Below, piece by piece: positions 50,001 to 61,495 of a stretch of 64,000 nt of DNA. The notes below the pieces were generated by a model, which made no database searches, was not told where the DNA came from, and saw only the letters and a list, made by a program, of their open reading frames with translations. The DNA is taken from contig JAPETS010000031.1 of the NCBI GenBank assembly GCA_026023565.1, positions 124,001 to 188,000 on the forward strand. The letters are read 5' to 3'. This stretch comes from Cirrosporium novae-zelandiae. Its lineage: Eukaryota. The translations under genes and the position numbers were made by a program. Position 1 is the first letter of the stretch, and every line of letters begins with the position of its first letter.

Positions 50001-51412
50001 CACATAGTGTAGCACAATTGAAGCTCCCTCAATCGTTAATGCCGCTACAAACCCCTGCATTCTCTATCGATTATTATCCATCTCCGGGTGTAGCAGTAAG
50101 CCTACGCAGGATTCCTCGAATCTCACCAACCTCAAATCATCCAATGTTTCCTTCAAACATATTATACGAATCCATTAAATCTCCAAGTCATAACTGGTCT
50201 TCAAACGGATCGACCACTCCTCAACTGAGTGGGGCTACACCACCAACTCGCCTTGCCCGAAAGAATTCAGATCGATCGGAGTACTCAGTCTACAGCCTCA
50301 ACCCGTCTCCCGACCAACGTCTTAGCCGGCGAGGCACTTCTACATTTGCGAATGCGTTCAAATCATTTGCTTCGGCCCCTTCTTCACCGCCGGCTGGGTT
50401 TATGCAAAAGCGAGCCAGCCCTTCTGGAAGCATTTTGGAGGAGAGGAGTGCCAACTCAGGTTGGGAGACTGTTCCACATTCTGCAAATCCATCCGTACCA
50501 AACTCCAACGCTCCTTCCAACGCCCCATCTTCATTAGCTACAGGATCAGTGTCTAGTGGAGAGGTTGCAGCTAATCCGAATAAGCTAGGTCTTAAGCTTG
50601 CTTTCAAAAACCAAAATCTTTTTGATGATGACGGATATGCTAGTGTGCCGCTTCTTGACCCATCTCGACAATGGAAATACCAATCATACAGAGCCTCTTA
50701 TGCAGCTCTACTTCTTGTATGGGGCTTTCCTTTGGCTCGGACAGAAATACTCAAGTTTGATGGGTTGGCACCCTACTTTGTCAAGGCTAAAGATACAAGT
50801 CTGGAAGATACAGGTACCGGGGTGGCCGCAATCCTTCGCAAGAAAGCTGAAAGCTCAAGTGCCGGAAGCATTGGGGGCCTCATCTTCCGACAGCATTGTA
50901 GACGATGCGGCGAACAAGTCTTGGAGAAACAAAAACCAGGAGCTCGTGGAAAATACTATGAATGCAAAAGCTGTCAACGACCAGCGAAGCAAATTCCATG
51001 CAGTATATGCGAGGAGGTCATTCGAGGCTTGTTCGTACCTTGCCTAGAATGTGGTCACGTCACACATGTGAGCTGTTATGAAAACAGGCTCAAATATGAG
51101 AGAAATAGATATTCCGAGAAAGACAAGAAACCTGAATGTAGTTCCGGATGTGGTTGTCGATGCTCTGAGCACTCTTCGATCCAACTCCCTTGGCCAGAAT
51201 CGCGTAATGTCAGTTCGGATGCCCTTTCAGACGAAAAGAACGGACTTGAGAAAATTAGCGAAGAGCCGGACGGATCAGACCCTTGGGAAAAAGTGAATTG
51301 GAATCCGCTTAGTCGAGGTGCTGTTTCAGGGTTACGTCGAGGCTTATCTTTAAAGGCATCCGATCCAATATTACGGAAAATGGCAAATCTGAAAAGAGAA
51401 CAGACTCGTTGA
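47017..51412 (+). CDS. MTC5: SEACAT/GATOR2 subunit Sea3/Mtc5 (WDR59): WD40 + RWD + C-terminal RING-like, 3 exons
   Basis: ATG 47017; introns 47157-47217 and 49864-49911; WEVADVQWSP, HGHSRAITDINF, GATQVKWNR WD repeats; GPWG..FPQDYP RWD; DVQMLAMMSC; CSIC...CGH...C.SGCGCRC. Confidence 0.95.
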
Positions 51413-51784
51413 AAGATAAATTCTTTTAGGGGAGGTATTAGAATCAGGAATTTTAGGAGGGCATTTGAAAAACTTTGTTAAGATACCCGTTATCGCATAA
51501 TGTCAATTGAAATACTAGATTTTAGCTGCTTAGCCGGCCGCTTATCAGATCGATTGATCTCTATATATTAATACCATTCCAAAGTATGCAATTATAAACA
51601 ACCTAGACACCCTCTTTCGAAGAGTTATATGATTAATCCAAGAATTAGATTGATTCTGAAATCAATGAATTGCGATATCAATCAATGCATGTGTGTTGCG
51701 TTATCTAATATGCAGGAAGGCAGCCTCTTTATTTCTTTATTGAAGTGTGTAAAAAAAGTTGTGGTTCAATATATTTTTTTGAAT

Positions 51785-51990
51785 CAATAGGGAGGGAGAG
51801 AGGTGGTAAAAGGACAATAGGATATATATTTTTCTTCAATAGCTCACTCAATACCTCAATAAGAACTTTTTTTTTTAAATCAATACTACCTTTTCTCTCA
51901 ACAATAGGAGCAAGATTTCCTCGTTTCCTAACCTATTGACCACCACCATTGCTATTGATCACCATTGCTATTGTTGCTTATAATCAATAG
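51785..51990. promoter_or_regulatory. Cluster of eight CAATAG/CTATTG boxes (HMG-box / mating-type-factor-like sites)
   Basis: CAATAG at 51785, 51815, 51837, 51902, 51985; CTATTG at 51933, 51952, 51968; three near-matches (51849, 51857, 51881). Confidence 0.55.
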
Positions 51991-52331
51991 CAAAAAAAAA
52001 GTTTCCTGAGCAAGGTCATTTATTTAAACATCTCCTTCCTCGTGTCCTCTTCCTCTTCTTCTTTTTCTCCAACCATCTGTTTCTACCCGTCAACTTTCAT
52101 CTACTGCTATTACCACTACCACCACTATTCATTCTTCTTCATAACATTCATCCCCAAGCAATCAAGCAAGCCAAGTTTTTCACCGTCTTTAAACTACATC
52201 CTTTCAATTCTCTTCTCTTCATTCTTCAATCACATAACAGCAAATCTCTACTTCTTTTTCTTCCTCTTCAATCCTTTAAGATTCCCAAGTTGTTTTTTGA
52301 TATAAATAACTTCCTTTGAATCCCATCAAAA

Positions 52332-53783
52332 ATGGATCCAATGGAGTATGAACAGTTGGAAGAAGGGGAGATCCCAGAGAGCGAGAGTGGAAGTGGAAGC
52401 GGCGGGACCGCGAAGTCAAAGGCGGTGGTCCCTCCACCACCACCACCACAGGAGGAAGCTGGTCCTTCTTCTAGTGGAGGTGGTGTTGGGGGAGATCCAC
52501 TACGGAACAGAGGCGCGCCGGTTTACTTACCTATATACAGCAATGCCAATGAGCCGACCAATCCAGCTGTAGGTTTCACTGGCGGGCCTTCTTCTGAGAC
52601 CTTGGTTCCCACTGGTGGGAAACGATCCAGGGCTGATTTTGAGGGTTCCGGTCAGTCGAACAGTCAGATGGCGGTTCCTGCTGGTGAGAGTTCGGCTTCG
52701 GGGTCGGGTAAGAGTGTGGTGATGGAGCAAGGGGAGAGCAGCAACAGCGGCAGCAACAGCAACAGCAGCAGCAAGTTGACGACGGCGGTAGCCGATATTC
52801 CTACCGCTGGTGAGAGTGCCCAATCAGAGGCTGGTCCTCCAAAAACACCTCCTTTCTATTCTACCCAGCTCCAGAACGAGAGGGGTGACGCTTCTGGTCC
52901 TCCAATCAATGATCCGTTCTCGCTCAGTCCGAGCGAAATGTTGACGACCACCTCCCAGGCTGTGGCGCCTATCCCGACAACCACCATGTCCTCACAGCCA
53001 GAAGTAGGTCAGCACACACCATTCCATGGACTAACTACCATGACAACCAACAATGGCCAGAGTGCTCCTCCTCAGCCTTCTCAGGCCCCACTTCAAGTGG
53101 CTGGTCCACTTCCAACAACCCCTGCGCCACATCCTGGAAACGACCTCAATGCATCTTTACTGGTACCAGGAAATCCTCCTGACAACGCATCGCCCCTAGA
53201 AAGGAACGTCGCGGACCTGCTGCATGTAGCAGACGCATATCCCGACTTCTGGGATCTGGTAGTTGGCCTATTCTTTCAAGAAACAAGGGTGAACCCGATA
53301 GAGGTCTTTGGCTATGGCTATGGCCGGATCATGTCTGATACTTTTGTTGGCCATGTACCCAACCTCTACTGGCAGGATATGAAGGCGAAAGGCCTTCTCA
53401 GTGATCTGGATTTCTGGCAAGTCCCAGATGAAATGAGGAGCAAAGTGAACCATGTGGAGGAGTGGATCAAGGAGACGGGATGGCAGGTGTGGGGAGAAGG
53501 GTTGCGACGCTTCTTCTTTCCCGAAATGTGCCTTGAATATCATCAATACCAGAAGATGTGTGCATTTAGAGGAGAGCGCATGGGCCTATGGTGGCGTCTA
53601 GATGGCATTTTGACAAAAGCAGGATGGCGAAAGCCTCAGGATGGTGCAAACAAGCCAGACGAAGAATTTGCATTGATCATTACCATGCCTGACTGCCCAG
53701 AGAAGGAGAAGAAGTTGGCGGAGTGGAGAGAGATGTGTCCACAATATGTGGATGCAAGTCTAAAGAGTCCAGGTTTCAGGTAA
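52332..53783 (+). CDS. Orphan protein (disordered N-half plus Trp-rich helical domain); probably exon 1 of a fusion with the NUP53 ORF
   Basis: 483-aa ORF, good start context (caaaaATG); its stop lies inside AG|GTAAGC, a canonical donor at 53780. Confidence 0.7.
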   Translation: MDPMEYEQLEEGEIPESESGSGSGGTAKSKAVVPPPPPPQEEAGPSSSGGGVGGDPLRNRGAPVYLPIYSNANEPTNPAVGFTGGPSSETLVPTGGKRSRADFEGSGQSNSQMAVPAGESSASGSGKSVVMEQGESSNSGSNSNSSSKLTTAVADIPTAGESAQSEAGPPKTPPFYSTQLQNERGDASGPPINDPFSLSPSEMLTTTSQAVAPIPTTTMSSQPEVGQHTPFHGLTTMTTNNGQSAPPQPSQAPLQVAGPLPTTPAPHPGNDLNASLLVPGNPPDNASPLERNVADLLHVADAYPDFWDLVVGLFFQETRVNPIEVFGYGYGRIMSDTFVGHVPNLYWQDMKAKGLLSDLDFWQVPDEMRSKVNHVEEWIKETGWQVWGEGLRRFFFPEMCLEYHQYQKMCAFRGERMGLWWRLDGILTKAGWRKPQDGANKPDEEFALIITMPDCPEKEKKLAEWREMCPQYVDASLKSPGFR

Positions 53784-54041
53784 GCTCCCATTTTTCTTTA
53801 TCATTCATTCTTTGATTTTTTTTGAAATTATTTCTGCATCTTTTCTTCTTTTATTGGGAGGTGGTCATAAGTATGGTTGGTGTCGCTGAAAGGTTCGGGG
53901 AGTCGGAACAAACAATGCCAGGCCTCTCCGTTAGCGCGACTAAATTGTTGCTCGGGCCAATTTTTGTTTACAAGTTCAATGTTCTCTCAGCTCAAATTCA
54001 TCCATCACTTCAACTTACCAACTCACTTTTTTCTGCACAGG

Positions 54042-55481
54042 TCTTATGCAATACACAAACGCCACTGGGTTGAAGCTAGAATCCAACTTGGAAAGACCCA
54101 GGTAGAAAATCGTCTCCGCCTTCGCAAAGAGCGTAGAGAGGAACGAGAAAGTCGCTGGAAAGAAGATTCAAAGATGCATCCTGACAATAATAAAGGTGCA
54201 TTCGGCAAGCGACGGAGTAGCTTAAGACAGCGAGGGAGAAGTCGAGCAGCTTCAAGAACTGCAACTCCAGCAAGGAAGGAAGATCCAAACATCAAGGTCA
54301 TCGACGATCTCTTCGGCCCCGTTGCAACCAGTGACAACGACCGCAATACTCAATCCAAGCAACAGCTTCAGCGATCAACCTCAGTCAGCTCATTCACCGC
54401 ACCCTTTACCTCTACCGATTCCAATGCATCTGTGAGCGATGCACCAGCTGTGATTCAGAAAGAACCAACAGAGGTCATACTGTATGGTTATGGATCTGAC
54501 GAGGCATACGCTGCGATTGACAAGTACGAGCGAATCTCCAATGGCATAATCTGCGAAGACTATCCCCGGAATCCACCTTTCCAATACCAGAAATTCAAGT
54601 ATGCCTACAATGCAGACGGAGGAATGAGGCCGAGGCCTCTTACATTGGCCGAGAAGAAAAAGGCAAACGTTTACGCTGGTGGGAAACATTGGGTCAAGGT
54701 TACTTTCGAGTCTGCTGAGGCCGCCGACACAGCTGTCTGGTATTCGCCTCAGACCATTCAGGGCCACAGTGTCTATGCCCAGCTTTATCGTGGTATTGGA
54801 CCCGAACAAGATGCTCCTATCCTTGAAGGAGCTCTCCCCCCATCACTATCTGGTAGTCGGCGTCACTTGCAGTCTTCGCAATCAAGCAATCTCCTCCACA
54901 CTCAACGACCATCACGAGGTGCAGGTCTCCCTCGATCTCATACTACGCCCGACATGTTACAAACATGGTCCCGACGTGCTTCCATGGCGACACAGATTGC
55001 TTCTGGTGTAAGCGGATCCTTTGACGAAGGGCTTATGCCTCCGAGCACCTCCGCCTCGTCTATAACTGCCACCTCGGCAACAGCCACTGCACCAGACATT
55101 GAATATCCCTCTCTTCGTCACCGTACCGCTCCACAAATGGAGTCCCAAAGCACCTCCTCCACGGCCACGATCACACAAGCCCCCAACCCTGATATGATGA
55201 CACACATACCAACTGTCCGCCGCTACCATCTCCTCCCAGCTGAGCAAGCTCTCCTTCCACAACCTTCCTTTTGGCAACGCTTGCACCAGCAATTTCCCTG
55301 GCTATTTAGCGATCCAATCGGGGACAGGCTTCCGCTACTCGACAATGGCGAATTCGATTGGGATTCTGCATCTTGGTACTGGAAGCTCATGTATACACTA
55401 GACATGGTGTTCTGGTTCTGCGACGTGTGTGGTCTGAAAGAAAGGCCAGATGAATTTGTCGATTTTGGTGACGAGAACTAG
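54042..55481 (+). CDS. NUP53: Nucleoporin Nup53/Nup35 (MPPN-RRM domain, C-terminal amphipathic helix)
   Basis: GAFGK..RSR..TATPARKEDP, EVILYGY..YAAIDKYERIS.GIICEDYPR, GKHWVKVTFESAEAA, and C-terminal FDWDSASWYWKL; the start is either ATG 54174 or supplied by the upstream exon. Confidence 0.8.
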   Translation, partial: SYAIHKRHWVEARIQLGKTQVENRLRLRKERREERESRWKEDSKMHPDNNKGAFGKRRSSLRQRGRSRAASRTATPARKEDPNIKVIDDLFGPVATSDNDRNTQSKQQLQRSTSVSSFTAPFTSTDSNASVSDAPAVIQKEPTEVILYGYGSDEAYAAIDKYERISNGIICEDYPRNPPFQYQKFKYAYNADGGMRPRPLTLAEKKKANVYAGGKHWVKVTFESAEAADTAVWYSPQTIQGHSVYAQLYRGIGPEQDAPILEGALPPSLSGSRRHLQSSQSSNLLHTQRPSRGAGLPRSHTTPDMLQTWSRRASMATQIASGVSGSFDEGLMPPSTSASSITATSATATAPDIEYPSLRHRTAPQMESQSTSSTATITQAPNPDMMTHIPTVRRYHLLPAEQALLPQPSFWQRLHQQFPWLFSDPIGDRLPLLDNGEFDWDSASWYWKLMYTLDMVFWFCDVCGLKERPDEFVDFGDEN

Positions 55482-56789
55482 TGCTAAGGTCAATACTGAT
55501 ATTTGCGCGTCGGCACACTTTTTACGTGGAATACTATGAGGCTGCTCAAGACACAATCCAGATGGAATATGTGCATCACAGCCATGTTTGGGCAAGCACA
55601 AGATGTTTTTTAGCACCTACAATCCACTAATTACAACAACCTAAACCCAGCCTCTCGGAGTGTGAGGAAATACCTCACCTACACACGGACTGTCAGTCCT
55701 ATTTATGCTACAACTCCCCCAAACTGACCTCATTTTCAATGCAGGCCTTTCTCCCCGGAGCAAAAAAAAAGCTCCCCAAATAACTTGAACCTAATATCGG
55801 GATGGCGCGAGGGCGCAGCAGAGAGCCATATGGTTGAAATGAATCTGATGATTGAATGTACAGTTGGAAGGTGTTGGTTAAATATAACGGAATGGGGAAA
55901 TGGAAACTAGGATCATGGAATCTTCCTAGGTCTGGGTCTGGGTCTGATTGATAGCGTGTATCAAGACACAGCTATCACCATTAGCATCGTCATCGTCATC
56001 GTCATCATGTTCAGAAGGAAAAAAAGAGAGGGAAGGGAGGAAGGAAGGGAGCACGGCGTTTTACGAGATAAAAGATCGAAATGCGTTTTTTCAAATGGCA
56101 TTTTCACGGAGTTGTCTTTTACTGTTCTCGTCTAGTTGGTTCAAGCTACAGTACTACTAGTATAGCGATCGTGATCTCTAGATTTTTTTTTCTTTTTTTT
56201 GAAAGGCATGATCCGTTAGTGGGAAAATTTTTCAAAATACCCCCCCCGGCCCTCCTACTTGAGGCCTTGATTTAATAAAATGAAATGAAATGAAATCAAT
56301 AGAAATCGTCTTCGATCGTTTCTATTTTCTATTCCCTATATTAGACTGCATAGTCTACACGCCTCCTTCTTCTCCTCCTCACTCCAGTCTCCTCATAAGT
56401 CTCCACCCCCATGGGGTCAATGATGAAATCTAGATTTTCTTCTGGAATGTATATTAGATGTTGTTTCTGGGGGTTGAGATTGGGGTTTGGTGGGTTTGGG
56501 TCTATACGGAAGGGAAAGGGAAAGGGGAAGGGAGAGGGGATGGGGGATGTTAATTGTCACTGTTAGATAGTATTCGACGTTTGTATTCATTAGAAGATGA
56601 AAGAAAGGCTAGTGCAGTGATATTATCCACATCCACATCCACATCTACACCCATAGATAAATAGATAAATACCTAGGTACCTACTACTACTGGAGGTAAA
56701 TAAATCCTTAACTTCACCCAACACGAATAAAATAAAATAAAATATGATAACCCCCATAAGACCCGCCAAAACAATTCCCATTAATTTCA

Positions 56790-58401
56790 TTAATTCCCCT
56801 CCGACCCCTCAAAGACACTGAGTTCCCGTTGCGGATACACCTTCTCATGTGCACCTCTCCCCCCAGACGCCCCCTCCGCATCTTTCCACGCCCACGCCGT
56901 ATCCTTTTCTAGTCCGTTACTTTGGTCGTTGAGAACGTTTACGACGTATTTTCCGATTATGGGGAGGAATTTCCTGTAGTAGGATGGATCGTCTTAGCTT
57001 TGTTGTTGTTGTTTTTTTTGGAAGGGGGGGGGGGTTAAATATACCAGGAATGAAACGACCCCGCCGCAGCCAGGTACAAATTTTGCAACCGTGGATGCGG
57101 GTGTCTAGTAATAAGTTGGTGCTGGGTCGGAGAAATAGAATCCCAGCACAGCCGGTAGAATTCCACTTTGCGGTTATGGCGGACATAGTAAGGCATCAGC
57201 TTGCGGACGATTTCGAGGGTTTCGGCTTGTAGGCGTTTGGGGACGGTGGTGGTTTGGTCTCCGGGGGGTGGGACTGAGATTTTTAAGCCGGAGGAGGGTA
57301 AGGTGATGGTGTTTGTGACGGAGGTGGTGTCGGTGAATTTTAACCAGTTGGATTGCGTGGGGGGGAGGAGGATTTCTCTTGGGGGGTTGTTAGTGGAATG
57401 GATGGACTTGGTGGGGTTGTGGAGACTGGGATATGGTACACATGGAATGATGCTATATACTTCAAAGATAGAAGTACTGGTGGGGTTAAGACTAGGCATT
57501 GGTGCATGGAATATAAGAAAAGTGTTGAAAACTTTCCCATCAACACGTACTGATAACCAGGGGTAGAATACAAATTAAAAATCAGCGACAGACCTTTACC
57601 ACCATATATTACGACAGGCATTTGGTGTAGATATTCCATTTCCTCAGGAGTAAGTTTGTAATGGGCGCAGCAAACCGCAGCAGCAGTCATCTGCTTCTCA
57701 GTCCTGTCTTTTTCGGGCATGGATAGTTCGTCTTCTGTTTTCGACATCAGAAAGCTTGTCCAGGCACCAGTAGCCAGCAACACTTTCGATGCCGTGTAGC
57801 AATGTCCGTCTGTAGTTTGCACTCCTTGGACCCCCGTTTCATTCAAGACCAGCTTGTCTACCTCCCCGACTTCATATTTCACGCCACGAGAAACAGCTTC
57901 TTTCATTAGGATTTCCACTGCAGTGGCAGCATCAGCCCATCCCGCCATAGGATTCCAATACGCCTTTGCAAAGCCCGAGAGATCCAATTCTGAGAGTATC
58001 CCACCCCAGGCTTTCTTTGCTTCCTCAAAAGTCATGTCTTTTGTTTCATCTTCGCGCTCGCTCTCTCTGAAATTCTTTCGAATCCGATCGGTCAGGTCGC
58101 TTCCTTCCTCGTCGAAATATACCCAGCCTGTACGATGATAGACATTGGCATCCTTGAGGATAGGCATGCTAACCCAAGCATCGATGGCTTCAAAGGCCAA
58201 GTCCATATAGAAGCGTACGCCATAGTCTGCGCGGATGATCTTATTGATATCGGTGGACGCAGCTTTAGGAGAGGGAAATGGTGCGCGATCGAGCACCGTG
58301 ATTTTTGATGGATCTGGGTGGGTTAGAGAGAGATGATATGCAGTACTGGTACCGAAGATTCCTCCTCCTACAATTAAGATCTCTGGGGATTCTTGAGCCA
58401 T
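56790..58401 (-). CDS. FAD-dependent sarcosine/L-pipecolate/fructosyl-amine oxidase-like protein, at least 3 exons
   Basis: MAQESPEILIVGGGIFGTSTAYHL, AASTDINKIIRADYG, AGWADA, LATGAWT, RLCWD, AGSFHSWKFLPIIGKYV; stop TAA 56790-56792; first intron boundaries are ambiguous. Confidence 0.88.
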
Positions 58402-59545
58402 GATCAAAGGTTTAGAGACAAGGGTGAGTAGAAAGGTATTCAAAATAAAACACAATGCTTTCAATTAACATGACGATTGACGGTAGGAGATGGAGGATAG
58501 ATAATATATCTCATTTCTCACCACTCCGAAGGGAGTGCGGAGTAAGTGGGGGGAGACGTCAATCAGAGATAAGGCCGATTAAAAATGAAGGGATCCTCAA
58601 GGATTCCCTAGACATCTTTTCTCCGGGAGGGATTTGCTGGAACTTGATATAAGACTCCTTTTGATATCTTTTGAGGTTCTCAATTATCGTAATTGAAACT
58701 CAGATTCAAACTTCACAATGATGAATCAACTATAACAGTAGCATTTGGGTTAAAAAAAGACGTATCAGATATCTTGGCATAGCTGTCTCATTGATGCTAA
58801 CGACGACACAATTGGCCAATTTGACTGAATTCAATCCAGTGGCAATGGGACCCTTGCATTTTGAGATATTGTCGAGATCTTGGAAGAAAAAAAACGAAAA
58901 ACAAACAAACGCCGGTGTAAATACAGTACGCGCGCTATTTACCATCCAAGCACTACTCCACACTAAACGGTGAATCATCTAATTCTCTAGTCCATTCCCC
59001 AATAACATGATCCCTTTAACTCTGGCGTTTATTGGTGCGGGGGGAACCGAACCTTGAAAGTTCTCAGTATCGACTCCCCCCAAGAGTCGCGACAAGATAT
59101 GAAACGCCAACCGCTTCAGGCCATTACCAGAAAAAGCAGCATCTGGAAATAATAATATAACTAACCCAGGCGCGAACCCTGGGGTTCGTGATAACTCGCT
59201 CGATCTATGCCCTGCCATTTCTGCGACAAGAGGCGCAGTACAAGAAAGCCTCAAAAAAGAAAAAAACAAACCTTCCAGGTCTTGAGACATTAAATCGTCC
59301 ATAAATAAATTCTCCAGCGTTGCCCGGCTTGAAGAAGTCGTTCATATTCCCCTTATCTATTCTCTAGCATTTCTGTATTTTTCACTGTCAATTCAGTTAA
59401 GTACATATACTTTCCTTAAATCAGTCCTCATCGTGTTAAAATTGTTCTTGTACCAATTGAAATCTCAACACCTCTATCCAGGGGGTTCCTTCAAAAAACA
59501 AAATTATTCTAATTAATTGGCGGCAAAATCTCACCTCGAGCAAAG

Positions 59546-60478
59546 ATGTTCCATTCAAAAGTATATCTCCTTTTTTCCATAGCCAGCTTTCGCATAGCAG
59601 CAGCAACACCCACCGTCTCCGTCCCATCAGACCTCTCCACCAACTTCAACACAAACTCAATCTCCCTCCAAGTGAGCTACACCAACGACTCCGCCAGCGG
59701 ATTCCTAGATGGCTCCACCCTCACCACGCAAGAAACCTCCCAGCTCCCCATCTTCGCCCTCGGCGACTCCAGTGGCGTCAACACCTCCCTGAAATTCCTG
59801 ATCCTCCTCCTCGACACCACCCTCCCCACAAACCGAACCCTCCACTACCTCCAAACGGACTTCGCCGCCACGGAGATAAAAACCGGCATCGCTTCGGATG
59901 CCCAACCGGCTTTCCCGTATCAGGCACCCGGCACCCTCGGCGAAGCGTCCGGGGCACACGTGTATTCTTTCTTGCTGTATACACAACCCTCCGATTTTCT
60001 CGTCGACGATATCCCGAGCGTGGGCGACGCAATCGATATCGAAAGTTTCCAAAGCGCCAACGGGCTTGATGATGCCGAAGCGGGGGTGGCAATGGTCGTT
60101 GATATCGGGGGTTCTTCCAACACCATCACCGCTTCAGCGGCATCACTCTCCACAGCGAGCGGACTCACCTCCTCACCAGCCATCATCACAACCTCCCTAA
60201 TCACATCCACATCCTCACCCACCATCTCCTCACCCATCTCCTCCTCCAATACCACCACAACCAAAAACCACAACTCCATAGCCCTCTACCCCTCAAGTCT
60301 CTGGCCAACCGCCGCCTCCATCCCTACACCCTCTTCTACGTCCCAAAGCAACTCTTCTGCATCTGCATCCGCATCTATATCGGATGCTGATAGCAATGCC
60401 GCTGGGGTGCCTAGGTATGGAGGGAGTCAGAAGTTTGCGTTTTGTATCATTGCGGTTGCGGTGTGGGGGTTTTTTTAG
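59546..60478 (+). CDS. Secreted PEBP-like protein with S/T-rich stalk and probable GPI anchor
   Basis: Signal peptide, FLILLLD..LHYLQ, PYQAPG..HVYSFLLYTQP PEBP-type motifs, Ser/Thr stalk, DSNAAG omega region and hydrophobic C-terminus. Confidence 0.82.
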   Translation: MFHSKVYLLFSIASFRIAAATPTVSVPSDLSTNFNTNSISLQVSYTNDSASGFLDGSTLTTQETSQLPIFALGDSSGVNTSLKFLILLLDTTLPTNRTLHYLQTDFAATEIKTGIASDAQPAFPYQAPGTLGEASGAHVYSFLLYTQPSDFLVDDIPSVGDAIDIESFQSANGLDDAEAGVAMVVDIGGSSNTITASAASLSTASGLTSSPAIITTSLITSTSSPTISSPISSSNTTTTKNHNSIALYPSSLWPTAASIPTPSSTSQSNSSASASASISDADSNAAGVPRYGGSQKFAFCIIAVAVWGFF

Positions 60479-61495
60479 GGAATTGGGGGGATGGGGGGTT
60501 GGGTAATGGGTATGGGTAATGGGTTTAGGGAGTTTAAGGGGAGAAGGGATGAGAATTGGGGGGAGTACAGCCCATCATCTCCGCAATGTAATATCATGTC
60601 TATGTATATGTATCTATATATCTATGCATGTACGGCTTATACGAACACAAAACAAACAATCATCCACTTTTCATGCACATACTCTTTATCCATCCACTTA
60701 TCCATCTATTTATTTATAATTACTACTCTCATTATCATTATCCTCACCTAGTATAATGCCATATATCATATATCATAATTATCGATTATATAGCCTAATA
60801 TCAGAATACCAGAAAAACCCCTTACATCTTTCTCCATCTCTCTCTCTCTCTCCCTCTCTCTCTTTCTCTCCTATCTACCAATTAGAAAGACAAACCAACA
60901 ACAACTCTCTTTACCTTACCTTACCTACCCAACTAAGCCAAAAAAAAAAGGACATGGGATATCTAATCCACTACCTTGAAGCGGATAGTTCTACAGTACC
61001 CCAGTGTGTGTGTTGGGATATAGATTAGCCTACCCCTGGCTGCGCTGTAATACTTTTTTTTTCTTTTTTTCTTTTAGCTGGGTGATAGGAGGTAAATGAT
61101 GTTTTGCTAATGATAATAATAATAAATATGAATTCGATATATGTACTAAGTACTAGAGGAAGGGGAGAGGGTAGGGGAGTGGAGGGTCGGCTATGGGTAT
61201 GTACATGTACAGTACAGGAAATTACTATATAGTAGGTAGATATGATATATATGATATCTGATTGATGATTGAGTAAGGGAGCGTGCCGGGAAGAGGGTTA
61301 GTTAGTTAATAGTTAATAGTTACCATATCTGCCTATCTATTTATCTATCCTATACAATGCAATGTAATATCTATACAAAATTAGTAAAACGTAGAATAGG
61401 ATGTAGAATATAGTAATGTAGAAATGCAGAGATGGCTCAGTAGACTATGTGTGTGCGAGCTTCTGGAGAAAGAAAGTCTAGTTGCTTAAACTAAT

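Noticed and set aside
11569..51412. MTC5 and MTC6 in the same window as a 'telomere capping cluster'
   Set aside because: The shared name comes from a yeast screen; the proteins are unrelated and 33 kb apart.
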